A stretch of 64,000 bases of DNA from an uncultured Arcobacter sp. Lineage in GTDB: Bacteria; Campylobacterota; Campylobacteria; Campylobacterales; Arcobacteraceae. Below the pieces are notes generated by a model, which was not told the origin of the DNA, did no database searches, and saw nothing but the letters and a program-made list of their open reading frames with translations. The stretch is taken from positions 192,001 through 256,000 of the forward strand of contig OZ223300.1 of the NCBI GenBank assembly GCA_965140705.1. Direction: 5' to 3'. Both the position numbers and the translations under genes were made by a program. This document shows positions 19,571 to 29,616 of the stretch, piece by piece; the first letter of the stretch is position 1; every line of letters starts with the position of its first letter.

Positions 19571-20014
19571 TTATTTCTCTACCTTTTCTTTCATTAAATT
19601 TATAACACAAGTCTCAATCATCTCAAAAACTTTATCAAAACCTTCAAATCCATCAAAAAAATAAGGATCAGGTACATCTTGACCCTCATATCCAAAATCA
19701 CCTATTAATAAGGGATTTTGGCATCCTAAGTTTTTTAATGAAGCAATATTTTTAGAATCGAGTCCTACTATTAAATCAAATTTTTTAAAATCTTCTTTTT
19801 GCACTTGTCTTGCTTTGTAATTTGAAATATCAAGACCTTTGATTTTTGCTATTTTTTGAGAATCTGGACAAGGTGCTTCACCTATATGCCAAGAGCCTGT
19901 TCCACAAGAATCAATTTCTATATCATAGCTATTTTTTTTGGCATAATCCTTTGCAATAGCTTCTGCAAGTGGTGACCTACAAATATTCCCTAAACATACA
20001 AATAATATCTTCAT
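19571..20014 (-). CDS. Low-molecular-weight protein-tyrosine phosphatase
   Basis: VCLGNICRSP P-loop and DPY motif. Confidence 0.95.
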   Translation of the reverse strand: MKILFVCLGNICRSPLAEAIAKDYAKKNSYDIEIDSCGTGSWHIGEAPCPDSQKIAKIKGLDISNYKARQVQKEDFKKFDLIVGLDSKNIASLKNLGCQNPLLIGDFGYEGQDVPDPYFFDGFEGFDKVFEMIETCVINLMKEKVEK

Positions 20015-20015
20015 A

Positions 20016-20732
20016 CTATTTTATACCCACGTCCAAATATTTTCTCATAAGTTGTATCTCTTTTAGGTCAATTACTTTAGAGATAAGTTCTTTGTTATCA
20101 TCTATAGTTACATCTCCAAAAGGGGTGATGATAGCTGAACTTTTAGCACAAGACTCATCTGAACTATCACTTGCAATTACAAAGCATTGGTTTGTAATTG
20201 CTAAGGCTCTTGTTAGAGTCTCATAATTATCTTTTCTTTTTGCTCCCCACATGGCAGGCACAAGGATAATATCTGCACCTTGAAGCTTTTTCCAATAATC
20301 TATAAATCTAAGTTCAAAACATATAAGAACACCTATTTTTAAATCCTCAAAATCAAAAAGTTTTACATCTTCTTCTCTTCCACTTTCAAAATATTTATTT
20401 TCATCATTTATTGCAAAGAGTTTTATTTTTGATTGTTTATGTAGGATTTTACCCTTATGAAAGATATAAAAAGTATTGAAGTAATCTTCACACTCTTTAT
20501 TTGTCATAGTAAGACATATTGTTCTTTCTTTTGAAAGTGAAGTTAGTTTATCTATAGCAGTTCTAGCGAACTTTCCTGCTTCTATTATTCTCCCATAAGC
20601 ATAGCCTGTAAGGCATAATTCGGGCGCTAAAATAAAAGAGTCCTTTGGTGTTTGTAAAATAAGTTCTTCAAGATGATTTAAATTATCTTGAAAGTTTGTG
20701 CTAGGTTTAGTTTGTAGTGTTACTAAGTTCAT
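20016..20732 (-). CDS. Carbon-nitrogen hydrolase (nitrilase superfamily)
   Basis: E-K-C triad: APEL, SKIKLF, ICFELRF. Confidence 0.9.
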   Translation of the reverse strand: MNLVTLQTKPSTNFQDNLNHLEELILQTPKDSFILAPELCLTGYAYGRIIEAGKFARTAIDKLTSLSKERTICLTMTNKECEDYFNTFYIFHKGKILHKQSKIKLFAINDENKYFESGREEDVKLFDFEDLKIGVLICFELRFIDYWKKLQGADIILVPAMWGAKRKDNYETLTRALAITNQCFVIASDSSDESCAKSSAIITPFGDVTIDDNKELISKVIDLKEIQLMRKYLDVGIK

Positions 20733-22110
20733 TTTTACTTCTTAAAATTAATTCGTTTATTTTCTTTTCATAAAGTTTTGCAACTTCAAGGTCTGTTGAT
20801 TCAAATCTCGTCACAAGTACAGGTGTTGTATTTGAAGCTCTAACTAAGCCCCAACCTTGCTCAAAAATAACTCTTACACCATCTACTTCTATGATATCTA
20901 AGATTTTAGGAAAGTCATCTCCTACCGTGATTAGATTCTTTTTGATTTGGTGCATTAAAAGAAATTTTTCTTCTTCTGTGGTCTCTACTTTTATCTCTTC
21001 TGTTGAATACACTTTTGGTAAAGAGTCTATCTCTTTATCAATATCCATCCCATTTTGGATAAGCTCTAAAATTCTAAATGTTGCATAAATAGCATCATCA
21101 AAACCATAATATCTATCATTGAAAAAGATATGTCCAGATACTTCTGCTGCCATATCAGCATTTAGCTCTTTTAATTTTACTTTTAAGTTTGAATGTCCTG
21201 TTTTATACATAACAGCAGTACCATTTTCATTGATTCTATCATACATGATTTGAGTACATTTTACTTCACCAATGATTACTGGATTATTCATAGTTTTTGC
21301 AAAAAGCAGTGCCATAATATCGCCTTTTACATTATGATTTTTAGTTAAAAATGCAATTCTATCTGCATCTCCATCATAAGCAAAACCATATTCATAGTTA
21401 CCTTTTAATTTTTCAATAACATCTTTTAGGTTTTTTTCTTCACTTGGATCTGGATGGTGATTTGGAAAAGTTCCATCTGGTTCGCAATATAGTGCATCAT
21501 AATTTAATTCTAAGGCATCTAAAATATCAGTTAAAACAGTATCAGCAACGCCATTACCACAATCAATAATAAATCTTTGTTTCATACCTTTAAGATGTGC
21601 AAATTCTGTTATCATATAGTTTTTATAGATACTTTTTACATCTATTTCTTTATAATTTTCATTATCTTCAATACTCATATTTTGGTTATTAATAATCTCT
21701 TCACCCATAGAATAAATATCCTCACCAAAAAATGGTGCATTGTTAATAGTTATTTTAAAGCCATTATAAGGACTTGGATTGTGGCTACCTGTTATCATAA
21801 CTGAAGCATCTGGTTTTACTCCATCAAACTCTTGAAAAGAAGCAAAATAGTTAACTCCTGTAGCCACCATTCCCATACCTAAAACTTTGCAGCCTGCTTT
21901 GTTAAATCCAGAAGTAAGATAAGAAAATAGTTCAGGTGAGTGAGTTCTTGCATCATATCCAATTACCACAACTGGTTCTTGTACATTTGTTCTTTTTATA
22001 GCTTCTAATCCCAAATAGTAACCTATAAGTTTTGAACTTTGTTCATTTAGTTCATCTCCTACAATTCCTCTAATATCATACTCTCTAAAAATACTTTTAT
22101 TTATCATCAT
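20707..22110 (-). CDS. Phosphomannomutase/phosphoglucomutase (AlgC-like)
   Basis: FREYDIRG, TGSHNP, DGDADR, EVSGH and RASNT motifs. Confidence 0.95.
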   Translation of the reverse strand: MMINKSIFREYDIRGIVGDELNEQSSKLIGYYLGLEAIKRTNVQEPVVVIGYDARTHSPELFSYLTSGFNKAGCKVLGMGMVATGVNYFASFQEFDGVKPDASVMITGSHNPSPYNGFKITINNAPFFGEDIYSMGEEIINNQNMSIEDNENYKEIDVKSIYKNYMITEFAHLKGMKQRFIIDCGNGVADTVLTDILDALELNYDALYCEPDGTFPNHHPDPSEEKNLKDVIEKLKGNYEYGFAYDGDADRIAFLTKNHNVKGDIMALLFAKTMNNPVIIGEVKCTQIMYDRINENGTAVMYKTGHSNLKVKLKELNADMAAEVSGHIFFNDRYYGFDDAIYATFRILELIQNGMDIDKEIDSLPKVYSTEEIKVETTEEEKFLLMHQIKKNLITVGDDFPKILDIIEVDGVRVIFEQGWGLVRASNTTPVLVTRFESTDLEVAKLYEKKINELILRSKNELSNTTN

Positions 22111-22216
22111 CTTCGCTTTTTTTATTTTGATTATAGCAAAAAAGTATTTATATTACATTTGCTATGGGGAGTATTTTCTAAAGCTAAGAGTTGTTATAAT
22201 CTTGGAAAGGAATATT

Positions 22217-22846
22217 ATGCTAGAACTATCAAATCTTTATATGTTTATACTTGCTTCATTCTTATTATGTTTAGCTCCAGGACCTGATAATATTTATGTT
22301 TTAACCCAAGGTATGACAAAAAGTAAAAAAGCAGCTCTCGTTACAACTTTAGGCTTATGTACAGGACTTATTATTCATACAAGTGCAGCAGCTTTTGGAA
22401 TATCTGTTATTTTTAAAACTTCAGAAATAGCTTTCAATATTGTAAAATTTGCAGGTGCAGCTTACTTGTTGTATATTGCTTTTCAAGTTTTTAAATATAG
22501 AAATGAACCTCTTGATTTATCGGTTCAAAACTCATCAAATGAACTTAAAAAACTTTATATAAAAGGTTTTTTTATGAATGTTTTAAATCCAAAGGTTTCT
22601 ATATTTTTCTTAGCTTTTTTGCCTCAATTTGTTAGCCCAGAGAATGGGAGTGTTCCTATGCAAATGATAATATTAGGTTTAGTATTTATGGCTTTGACAA
22701 TTATTGTTTTTTCATCTATTGGAATTGCTGGAAATCTTTTAAGTGCAAAATTAATACAAAAACCAAGTATTGTAAAATATATGAATATTATGACTTCATT
22801 TGTTTTAGGTGGCTTGGCTATAAAGTTAGCTTTATCTCAAAGATAG
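22217..22846 (+). CDS. LysE/RhtB-family exporter
   Basis: ATG at 22217 after AAGGA; APGPDN and NVLNPKVSIFF motifs. Confidence 0.9.
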   Translation: MLELSNLYMFILASFLLCLAPGPDNIYVLTQGMTKSKKAALVTTLGLCTGLIIHTSAAAFGISVIFKTSEIAFNIVKFAGAAYLLYIAFQVFKYRNEPLDLSVQNSSNELKKLYIKGFFMNVLNPKVSIFFLAFLPQFVSPENGSVPMQMIILGLVFMALTIIVFSSIGIAGNLLSAKLIQKPSIVKYMNIMTSFVLGGLAIKLALSQR

Positions 22847-22861
22847 GAGAGTTCCTATCTT
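22840..22861. terminator. Hairpin between convergent lysE and proA
   Basis: AAGATAGGA-gagt-TCCTATCTT, 9-bp stem. Confidence 0.6.
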
Positions 22862-24087
22862 ATTTGTCCATTTCCATAAACTTTAAATTTAAAAGTTGTT
22901 AGATCATTGATTCCCATTGGTCCTCTTGAATGAAGTTTATTTGTTGAAATCCCAACCTCAGCACCGAGTCCAAAAGCACCACCATCTGTAAATCTTGTAC
23001 TTGCATTTGCATATACACAAGCAGAATCAACCTCATCTAAAAATTTATTTATACTACTATAGTTTTCACTTATTATTGCTTCTGAGTGACCTGACCCATG
23101 TTTTGCAATGTGAGATATTGCTTCCTCTATGTTTTTTACAACTTTTATAGATAAAATATTTGCTAAATATTCTGTATCATAATCATTTTCACTTGCACTA
23201 TGTATATCTATATAATTTCTTGTGATACTACAACCTCGTAGTTCCGTACCATTTTGCATAAAGGCTTCATGTAATGGTGGTAAAATATATGCTGCTACAT
23301 CTCTATGAATTAGAAGTGTTTCTAAAGCATTACATGCACTTGGTCTTGAGCATTTTGCATTTATAGATATTGCTATTGCTTTTTCATGGTTTGCATCTTT
23401 ATCAATATATGTATGGCAAACTCCCTTATCATGTTTTACAACAGGAACAGTAGCATTTTCACTTACATATTTTATTAAGGCTTCTCCACCTCTTGGAACT
23501 ATTAAATCCACATATTTGTCTTGTTTTATTAAAAAAGCTACTCCCTCCCTTGAAGAGTCAGGAAGTAATGAAATAGCATTTTGTGGAAGGCCATTATCAT
23601 CTAATACTTTTCTCAAAATTGTTGCTATTGCTTTATTTGAATGTTCTGCTTCTTTTCCACCTTTTAAAACACAAACATTTCCACTTTTAAAACAAAGGGC
23701 TGCTGTATCACTTGTAACATTTGGTCTACTTTCATAAATAATTCCAATAACACCAATTGGGATAGATACTTTTTGAATATTTAATCCATCTTCAGTGACC
23801 CAGCCATCAAGTGTTCTTCCTACTGGTTCTTTTAGTGCTGCTATTTCTTTTATAGCTTTTGCCATATCCATTACTCTATTCCCTGTTAGGAGTAATCTAT
23901 CCATTAAGGCAGCATCTAAGTTATTTACCCTTGCATTCTCCATATCTTTTTCATTGTGGTTAATTATGTAATCACAGTGTTCAATAATAGCCTCAGCCAT
24001 TTGATTTAGAACTTTGTTTTTTATTTCACCACTAAGTGTTGAGATATGTCTGCTTGTCTTTTTTGCTTCTATTAAAAATTGTTGCAT
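22855..24087 (-). CDS. proA: Gamma-glutamyl phosphate reductase
   Basis: IYESRPNVT, CNALETLL, NASTRFTDG and ISTNKLHSRGPMG. Confidence 0.97.
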   Translation of the reverse strand: MQQFLIEAKKTSRHISTLSGEIKNKVLNQMAEAIIEHCDYIINHNEKDMENARVNNLDAALMDRLLLTGNRVMDMAKAIKEIAALKEPVGRTLDGWVTEDGLNIQKVSIPIGVIGIIYESRPNVTSDTAALCFKSGNVCVLKGGKEAEHSNKAIATILRKVLDDNGLPQNAISLLPDSSREGVAFLIKQDKYVDLIVPRGGEALIKYVSENATVPVVKHDKGVCHTYIDKDANHEKAIAISINAKCSRPSACNALETLLIHRDVAAYILPPLHEAFMQNGTELRGCSITRNYIDIHSASENDYDTEYLANILSIKVVKNIEEAISHIAKHGSGHSEAIISENYSSINKFLDEVDSACVYANASTRFTDGGAFGLGAEVGISTNKLHSRGPMGINDLTTFKFKVYGNGQIR

Positions 24088-24143
24088 GAAATTCTCTTTT
24101 CTAATAAGTTGTATATATTTTGACTATTTTAGCTAAAAAATCT

Positions 24144-26081
24144 TTAACTATTTTTTTCAATATTTAAAATTGTATTTTTTAAAGTACTAATAACACTACT
24201 TTTATCAATCTCATTTAAATCCAAAATAAGATTAAATCCACTTTGTTCCTCTATAATTGTACTATTACTACTACTTGAAAGTACTTCATAGGTCTGAATA
24301 GGATGGGATATCCCTTTTACATTTAACTTTTCTCTTTTGATACATTTTATACTATCTTTAATAAACATATATGTTTCACTTGATATTAAAATCTCATCGG
24401 GGCTTGCATTTGATTCTAATCTAGAAGCTAAGTTCACAACTCCTCCTATAATAGTATAATCGAGTCTATTTTTAGAACCAAAGTTTCCAACTGTACAATA
24501 CCCACTATTTATTCCCATTCTTATATGAACAGGTTTACTTATTCCATCTTTTTGCCATTTAATACGTAGTTCTCCCATGGCTTCTTTCATTTCTATTGCC
24601 ATATTTATACAAGAAATAGCATCTTTAGTTTTACCTTTTGAAAGTGGATCTCCAAAGAAAACCATAATAGAATCACCTATATATTTATCTATAGTTCCTC
24701 CATGTTTTATGGCAATACTTGACATGATATCTAAGTATTCATTTAAAAGTTGTGTTAATGTTTCTGTTTCAACACTATCTGTAAAGTCTGTAAAACCTTG
24801 TATATCTGAAAAGAAGACAGTTAAATATTTTCTTTTAGATTCCAATTGAACATCTTGTTTTCCACTAAAAATTGATTCAAAGATTTGAGGCGACAAATAT
24901 TTAGAAAGTTTATTTGATAAATTTTCTAAAGTATCTTTTTGTTCTTGTATATTTATAAGAGCAGTTTGTAATTCATTTGTTCTACTTTTTATTCTTTGTT
25001 CTAGGGTATTTTGATTCTCTTTTATATTTTGAGACATGTTATTAAATGTTTTTGCTATTTCATTAAACTCTTTATCTTCATGGATACTTATATTAGCATC
25101 ATAATCCCCATTTTTCAGCTTTTGTACACCTTTTCTCAATTTTTTTAGTATTATAGTAAGTCTTGAGGTAATATATAAAGTTAAAACAAAAGTAATAAAA
25201 ACAATACTTACTACTAGGGTAAATTCTAGGGTGGATAGATTATTTAAGAATTGATCAGTTATTTCTTCTATTTTTCTTTCAATTGAAACTGAAACTTGTT
25301 TGTTCTCTTTTAAGATAGAAATTAGTTCATTTACAAGAACTTTTTCTTGTTTTTCTATGTCACTTATAGTTAAAGCAATTTTACCAACTTTTTCTACGGT
25401 CTTTTTGTAATTGTTAAATAAACCAAATAACTCTTTCTCATCTTTTTTGAGTAGTTCAAAAATGATTTTATCTATAGAGTTTATCCATTTTTCGTATCTT
25501 TCTTTATCTTTGTGTTGATATAAAGTTTCTTTACTATAATATCTTAAATCACCAAATTCTTGAACCAAAGTTAGACTTTTTGTCTCTTTAATTAGTTTTT
25601 GCAGTTTATTTCTTGCTTCATCTTCTTTTGGATATAACTTTTTAAATATATCTTGGTGAAAAACATGTTTTTTTTGAAAGTTATATACTTTATCAAAAAT
25701 TAATTCAATGGTATGTTCATTTTCAAATAATTTAGTTAAATGATTTTTTACTTCATCATTTTGACGAATATTATGTATTATATTATCAACAAAATCTTTT
25801 TTGGTTTTTTTGAGAATTTGATCTTTTAGTAATTCAAATTTCTTTTCAAAGGAGTTGAAATTTTCTTTTATTTTATCTAAATTTTCTAGAGAACTTTCTA
25901 GAGTAGCTAAATTAATTAGTTCATTCATATCTTCTTGAATATTAATTAATTCAGAAACTTGCTTAGCAAAACTAGCGTTCTCTTTCATGTGATATGTTGT
26001 TATTAGGCTAAGAGAACTAATAGAAATAATAAATAGAATTAGTATAATAAAACTATAAATAACTTTTTTTCTTATATTCAT
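24144..26081 (-). CDS. Membrane class III adenylate cyclase (periplasmic helical sensor, HAMP, cyclase)
   Basis: Two TM helices, HAMP (EFNEIAKTFNNM), FSDIQGFT, DKYIGDS, DYTIIGGVVNLASRLES; K/D specificity residues indicate ATP. Confidence 0.9.
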   Translation of the reverse strand: MNIRKKVIYSFIILILFIISISSLSLITTYHMKENASFAKQVSELINIQEDMNELINLATLESSLENLDKIKENFNSFEKKFELLKDQILKKTKKDFVDNIIHNIRQNDEVKNHLTKLFENEHTIELIFDKVYNFQKKHVFHQDIFKKLYPKEDEARNKLQKLIKETKSLTLVQEFGDLRYYSKETLYQHKDKERYEKWINSIDKIIFELLKKDEKELFGLFNNYKKTVEKVGKIALTISDIEKQEKVLVNELISILKENKQVSVSIERKIEEITDQFLNNLSTLEFTLVVSIVFITFVLTLYITSRLTIILKKLRKGVQKLKNGDYDANISIHEDKEFNEIAKTFNNMSQNIKENQNTLEQRIKSRTNELQTALINIQEQKDTLENLSNKLSKYLSPQIFESIFSGKQDVQLESKRKYLTVFFSDIQGFTDFTDSVETETLTQLLNEYLDIMSSIAIKHGGTIDKYIGDSIMVFFGDPLSKGKTKDAISCINMAIEMKEAMGELRIKWQKDGISKPVHIRMGINSGYCTVGNFGSKNRLDYTIIGGVVNLASRLESNASPDEILISSETYMFIKDSIKCIKREKLNVKGISHPIQTYEVLSSSSNSTIIEEQSGFNLILDLNEIDKSSVISTLKNTILNIEKNS

Positions 26082-26121
26082 ATGGGTCTCTTTATTATAA
26101 AATAATTAGACCCTAATGATA

Positions 26122-27096
26122 TTATATTTTTACTAAAAATCTTCCTGAAGCTTTACCATTAAGTAATGCATCATATGCATCTTTTATCTCATCCAATGAT
26201 ATTTCATTTGTAAGTTGTGCTAGATTTTCTATTTTAAACTCATCTGCAATTTTTTCCCAAGCTGCAATTTTTTTCTCAATTTTGCACTCAACTGAATCAA
26301 TACCAATAAGTCTAACTCCTCTTAAAATAAATGGAAATACATTTGTATTTAATGCAAAAGAAGAAGTTAATCCACAACAAGTAACCACACCATCATATCT
26401 AACTATTTTTAATGCTTCTGCTAAAATATTTCCACCAACTGTATCAATTACTCCATCAAATTTTTCACTTCCCATTGGTCTTTTATTTTCCACATCAAAG
26501 TCACTTCTTAGGATAACTTCACTTGCACCTAAATCTTTTAGGAATGGTATTTTATCCTCTTTACCACTAATTGCAGTTGTATTAAATCCAAGTTTATGTA
26601 GGATGCTTATTGCAATACTCCCAACTCCTCCTGTGGCTCCTGTAACTAAAATATTCCCTTTTGTTATTCCATTATTAAGTAATTCATTTACACTTAAAGC
26701 AGCAGTTAATCCAGCTGTTCCATAAGTCATAATTTCTCTATCTGTGATAGTATCTGGGATTTTAACTACCCATGAATCTGGAACCTTAACAAACTCTTGA
26801 TGACCACCATCTGTATTCATACCAAGATCATAACCCGTTACTAAAACTTTTTCTCCAATAGAAAATTTATCAGAATTTGACTTTTCAATTACACCTGCAA
26901 CATCAATACCTGTTACATGGGGAAAATTTCTTGTAACTCCTGGGTTTCCAACAGAACTTAAGGCGTCTTTGTAATTAAGTGAAGAGTATGTTGCTTTTAT
27001 TAAAACTTCATTTTCTCCAATTGTTGGGATATCTATATCTTTTAATCCTGATTGAAACTTTTTATCTTCTAATTTTTCTACTATATATGCTTTCAT
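26122..27096 (-). CDS. acuI: Acryloyl-CoA reductase AcuI/YhdH family (MDR)
   Basis: YSSLNYKDAL, GTAGLTAAL, VTGATGGVGS and PFILRGVRLIGIDSV; adjacent to the DMSP lyase. Confidence 0.85.
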   Translation of the reverse strand: MKAYIVEKLEDKKFQSGLKDIDIPTIGENEVLIKATYSSLNYKDALSSVGNPGVTRNFPHVTGIDVAGVIEKSNSDKFSIGEKVLVTGYDLGMNTDGGHQEFVKVPDSWVVKIPDTITDREIMTYGTAGLTAALSVNELLNNGITKGNILVTGATGGVGSIAISILHKLGFNTTAISGKEDKIPFLKDLGASEVILRSDFDVENKRPMGSEKFDGVIDTVGGNILAEALKIVRYDGVVTCCGLTSSFALNTNVFPFILRGVRLIGIDSVECKIEKKIAAWEKIADEFKIENLAQLTNEISLDEIKDAYDALLNGKASGRFLVKI

Positions 27097-27143
27097 ATTT
27101 ATCCTTTGTTTTTTTTTAGTCTATCATAAATATTATCTTCTAG

Positions 27144-27187
27144 CAAGAACTTACAAAAAAGAAATGTACTATCTAAAAAGATACTAT
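27144..27187. promoter_or_regulatory. 44-bp operator-like repeat, copy A (upstream of acuI)
   Basis: CAAGAACTTACAAAAAAGAAATGTACTATCTAAAAAGATACTAT, 39/44 identical to 28523-28566. Confidence 0.7.
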
Positions 27188-28467
27188 TACCATTTTGTGT
27201 GTGTTAATTCGCATTGAATCATCTCTCCTCTTTTAGCAGGTGTGTTAGGATTTTTTGCTGATTCACACAATAATGTTGTTCCATAATCGTTTCTTTTATC
27301 ATTTGCATTACTTCTTGCCCAAACTGATACTATTGCTCTCTCTTCTGGTTTTGCTTCACAATTTCCATCAACTTCAAAAGCATGGATTGTATTTTGGTGA
27401 AAATACATAAGTGGATCTTTTTTGTAACTGCTATCTAACCACATATCATGCTCATGTGCTTGTCCTGAATCAAATTGAACTTTTCTCATTTTGTCAGTTA
27501 CTTCTACAGTTTTTAATAAAGGTGAATCTTCTCTTATTGCAAAACTTTTAAACTCTTTTACACAAGCTGGAACTCTCATGTTATAATAGATTTCTGAAAT
27601 AGCATGATTGTGATATGGGTAAAAAGTATTAACAGATTGAACTGTCATACCTACTTCTGCACCTACTTCTTGTCCATTTATTTTTTTAATTCTTAGTAAT
27701 CCCCATGGTCCAAATACTTCCCCATATGCATAACCTCCTCGTATATTTAAGAAGTTCTTTTCATTTCGTTTGCTCTCTTCTGCATACATTGGAAACCAAC
27801 CAACTGCTGCCCAAAGATTTGGAAGTGAGTTAGCACTAACATCATAAGGAAAAACTGAAGGCATTTTTACTTCATCCCCTGTTACCATTTTATAGAAGTT
27901 CTTTGTAAACTCAAGTCCTAATTTTTTTACTTCTTTATTTTTCACTTTTTTGTTAAAGAACTCTTCATAAGTAGTTCTTTTTAACCATTTTGCAACTGGA
28001 GATTTTTCTTCTAACTCTCCTCCTGGACTATATATCCAATTTACATCTTCTCTCGCACTAAAGCAGGCTTTTGCTTTATCTGGATTATTTATAACTTGGT
28101 AAATATTTTTTACCATTAATTTCATATCTCTTCTATCCATGATACACATTTTTTTGATACCTGCACTTGTATCATACATCGCTTCATCGGAATTTCGGCA
28201 ATTATTCTCCTTTGAATTAGTTAATGCAATTGCATAAGCATTTAAGTACTTTAATGTTTCATCCCAAAGGATATCTACATATTTTTGCCCCTCTTTTGAA
28301 TACTTAGTTGTTGTTCCAAGACATTCAAAGTTTGCGTTTAAAATATCTTTTTTATCCAAGAAAGTTGGTAAATCACCTGCTTTTGCATTTGTCATTAATA
28401 TAAAAGTAACTAGTATCATACTTCCCCATTTGATACAGTTATCTCTTAAAATTTTTACATGTTCCAT
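27187..28467 (-). CDS. dddY: Periplasmic cupin DMSP lyase, DddY type
   Basis: Signal peptide ending NAKA; cupin motif YPYHNHAISEIYY (HxHxxxExY) and second motif NTIHAFEV; about 400-aa mature size; acuI adjacent. Confidence 0.88.
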   Translation of the reverse strand: MEHVKILRDNCIKWGSMILVTFILMTNAKAGDLPTFLDKKDILNANFECLGTTTKYSKEGQKYVDILWDETLKYLNAYAIALTNSKENNCRNSDEAMYDTSAGIKKMCIMDRRDMKLMVKNIYQVINNPDKAKACFSAREDVNWIYSPGGELEEKSPVAKWLKRTTYEEFFNKKVKNKEVKKLGLEFTKNFYKMVTGDEVKMPSVFPYDVSANSLPNLWAAVGWFPMYAEESKRNEKNFLNIRGGYAYGEVFGPWGLLRIKKINGQEVGAEVGMTVQSVNTFYPYHNHAISEIYYNMRVPACVKEFKSFAIREDSPLLKTVEVTDKMRKVQFDSGQAHEHDMWLDSSYKKDPLMYFHQNTIHAFEVDGNCEAKPEERAIVSVWARSNANDKRNDYGTTLLCESAKNPNTPAKRGEMIQCELTHTKW

Positions 28468-28522
28468 TTTTACTCCTTTAAAGTTAACATTTAGAAAGTT
28501 TAGTTAAAATGTGTTAAAAGGT

Positions 28523-28566
28523 CAAGAACTTACTAAAAGTAAATGTACTTACTAAAAAGATACTAT
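28523..28566. promoter_or_regulatory. 44-bp operator-like repeat, copy B (dddY/hxlR divergent region)
   Basis: CAAGAACTTACTAAAAGTAAATGTACTTACTAAAAAGATACTAT, 39/44 identical to 27144-27187. Confidence 0.7.
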
Positions 28567-28576
28567 GGAGTGAACA

Positions 28577-28921
28577 ATGACTAAAAGAATTGATAAAGAT
28601 TTTCAAGAAATTATTGAAAAATGTCCTGTAGAAACAGCACTTGATGCCTTAGCTGGAAAGTGGAAAATACTAATTTTATGGTATTTAAAAAGTGAAACAA
28701 AAAGATTTAGTGAATTACAAAAGCTTCTTCCAAGAACAACACAAAAGATGCTAATACAAAAGTTAAGAGAGTTAGAAGAAGATGGAATAGTTCATCGTGA
28801 AGTTTATCCTGTCGTTCCACCAAAGGTAGAATATTCGCTTACTGATTATGGTAAAACATTAAAACCAATATTAAAACAACTATATTTATGGGGTGAGGTT
28901 CATAAAAATAAGGATTTATAA
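28577..28921 (+). CDS. HxlR-family winged-helix regulator
   Basis: CPVETAL..LAGKWK, KRFSEL and [10 protein letters not shown]; conserved N-terminal Cys. Confidence 0.93.
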   Translation: MTKRIDKDFQEIIEKCPVETALDALAGKWKILILWYLKSETKRFSELQKLLPRTTQKMLIQKLRELEEDGIVHREVYPVVPPKVEYSLTDYGKTLKPILKQLYLWGEVHKNKDL

Positions 28922-28922
28922 A

Positions 28923-29615
28923 CTAGATATTCCCTCTTTTTAGTGTAAAGTATATTATTGCACTAATTCCTGCACTTGATAAAACCATAGTCATAATCAT
29001 GATTTGATATCTAACAGCAATCAAAGGGTCAATACCAGAGAGTATTTGCCCTGTCATCATTCCAGGTAGGGAAACTAGTCCTACTGCAAGTAAAGAGTTT
29101 ATTTGGGGTATTAAACAGGCCTTAAAGGCTACTTCTCTTGCTTTTTCAAAAGAAACATCTCTGCTCAACTCTTTTTCATATCTTTCAATTGCTAAAGATA
29201 GTGCATTCATTGTATTTGCAAATATCATCCCTGCTATTGGTATTACATATCTTGGTTCATAAAGGGTGTGTAAATCAAGTACAAAAACTATAATTAAAAC
29301 AAGATGTATTATTCCAGATATTGCAATTGATAAAAGTATTTTACTATAGTGATTAAGTGATTTGTCTTGGGTATTTCTTAAGGCAATCCAAGTTGATACT
29401 GTAATCATAAAAGTTATGATTAATAAACCAACAAAATCATTTTTTTCTTTAAACAAATAAATTAAAAAATACCCTATTATTAGAAGTTGTATTACCATTC
29501 TAATAGTGGAAGTTATTATCTCATATTTATCATTTGTCCATTTTTTATAAAAATACCACACTATTAAAAGGGGTAAAATGGAATAGGCTAAATGAGTAAA
29601 AGGAATAATTTGCAT
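28923..29615 (-). CDS. UPF0014 (FetB/YbbM-like) ABC transporter permease
   Basis: RYVIPIAGM and GLVSLPGMMTGQILSG..P..AVRYQI. Confidence 0.88.
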   Translation of the reverse strand: MQIIPFTHLAYSILPLLIVWYFYKKWTNDKYEIITSTIRMVIQLLIIGYFLIYLFKEKNDFVGLLIITFMITVSTWIALRNTQDKSLNHYSKILLSIAISGIIHLVLIIVFVLDLHTLYEPRYVIPIAGMIFANTMNALSLAIERYEKELSRDVSFEKAREVAFKACLIPQINSLLAVGLVSLPGMMTGQILSGIDPLIAVRYQIMIMTMVLSSAGISAIIYFTLKRGNI

Positions 29616-29616
29616 T

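Noticed and set aside
28923..29615. UPF0014 permease without an adjacent ATPase, considered as a DMSP/acrylate transporter
   Set aside because: It abuts gpsA in a separate transcription unit convergent on hxlR; no evidence of a link to the DMSP module.
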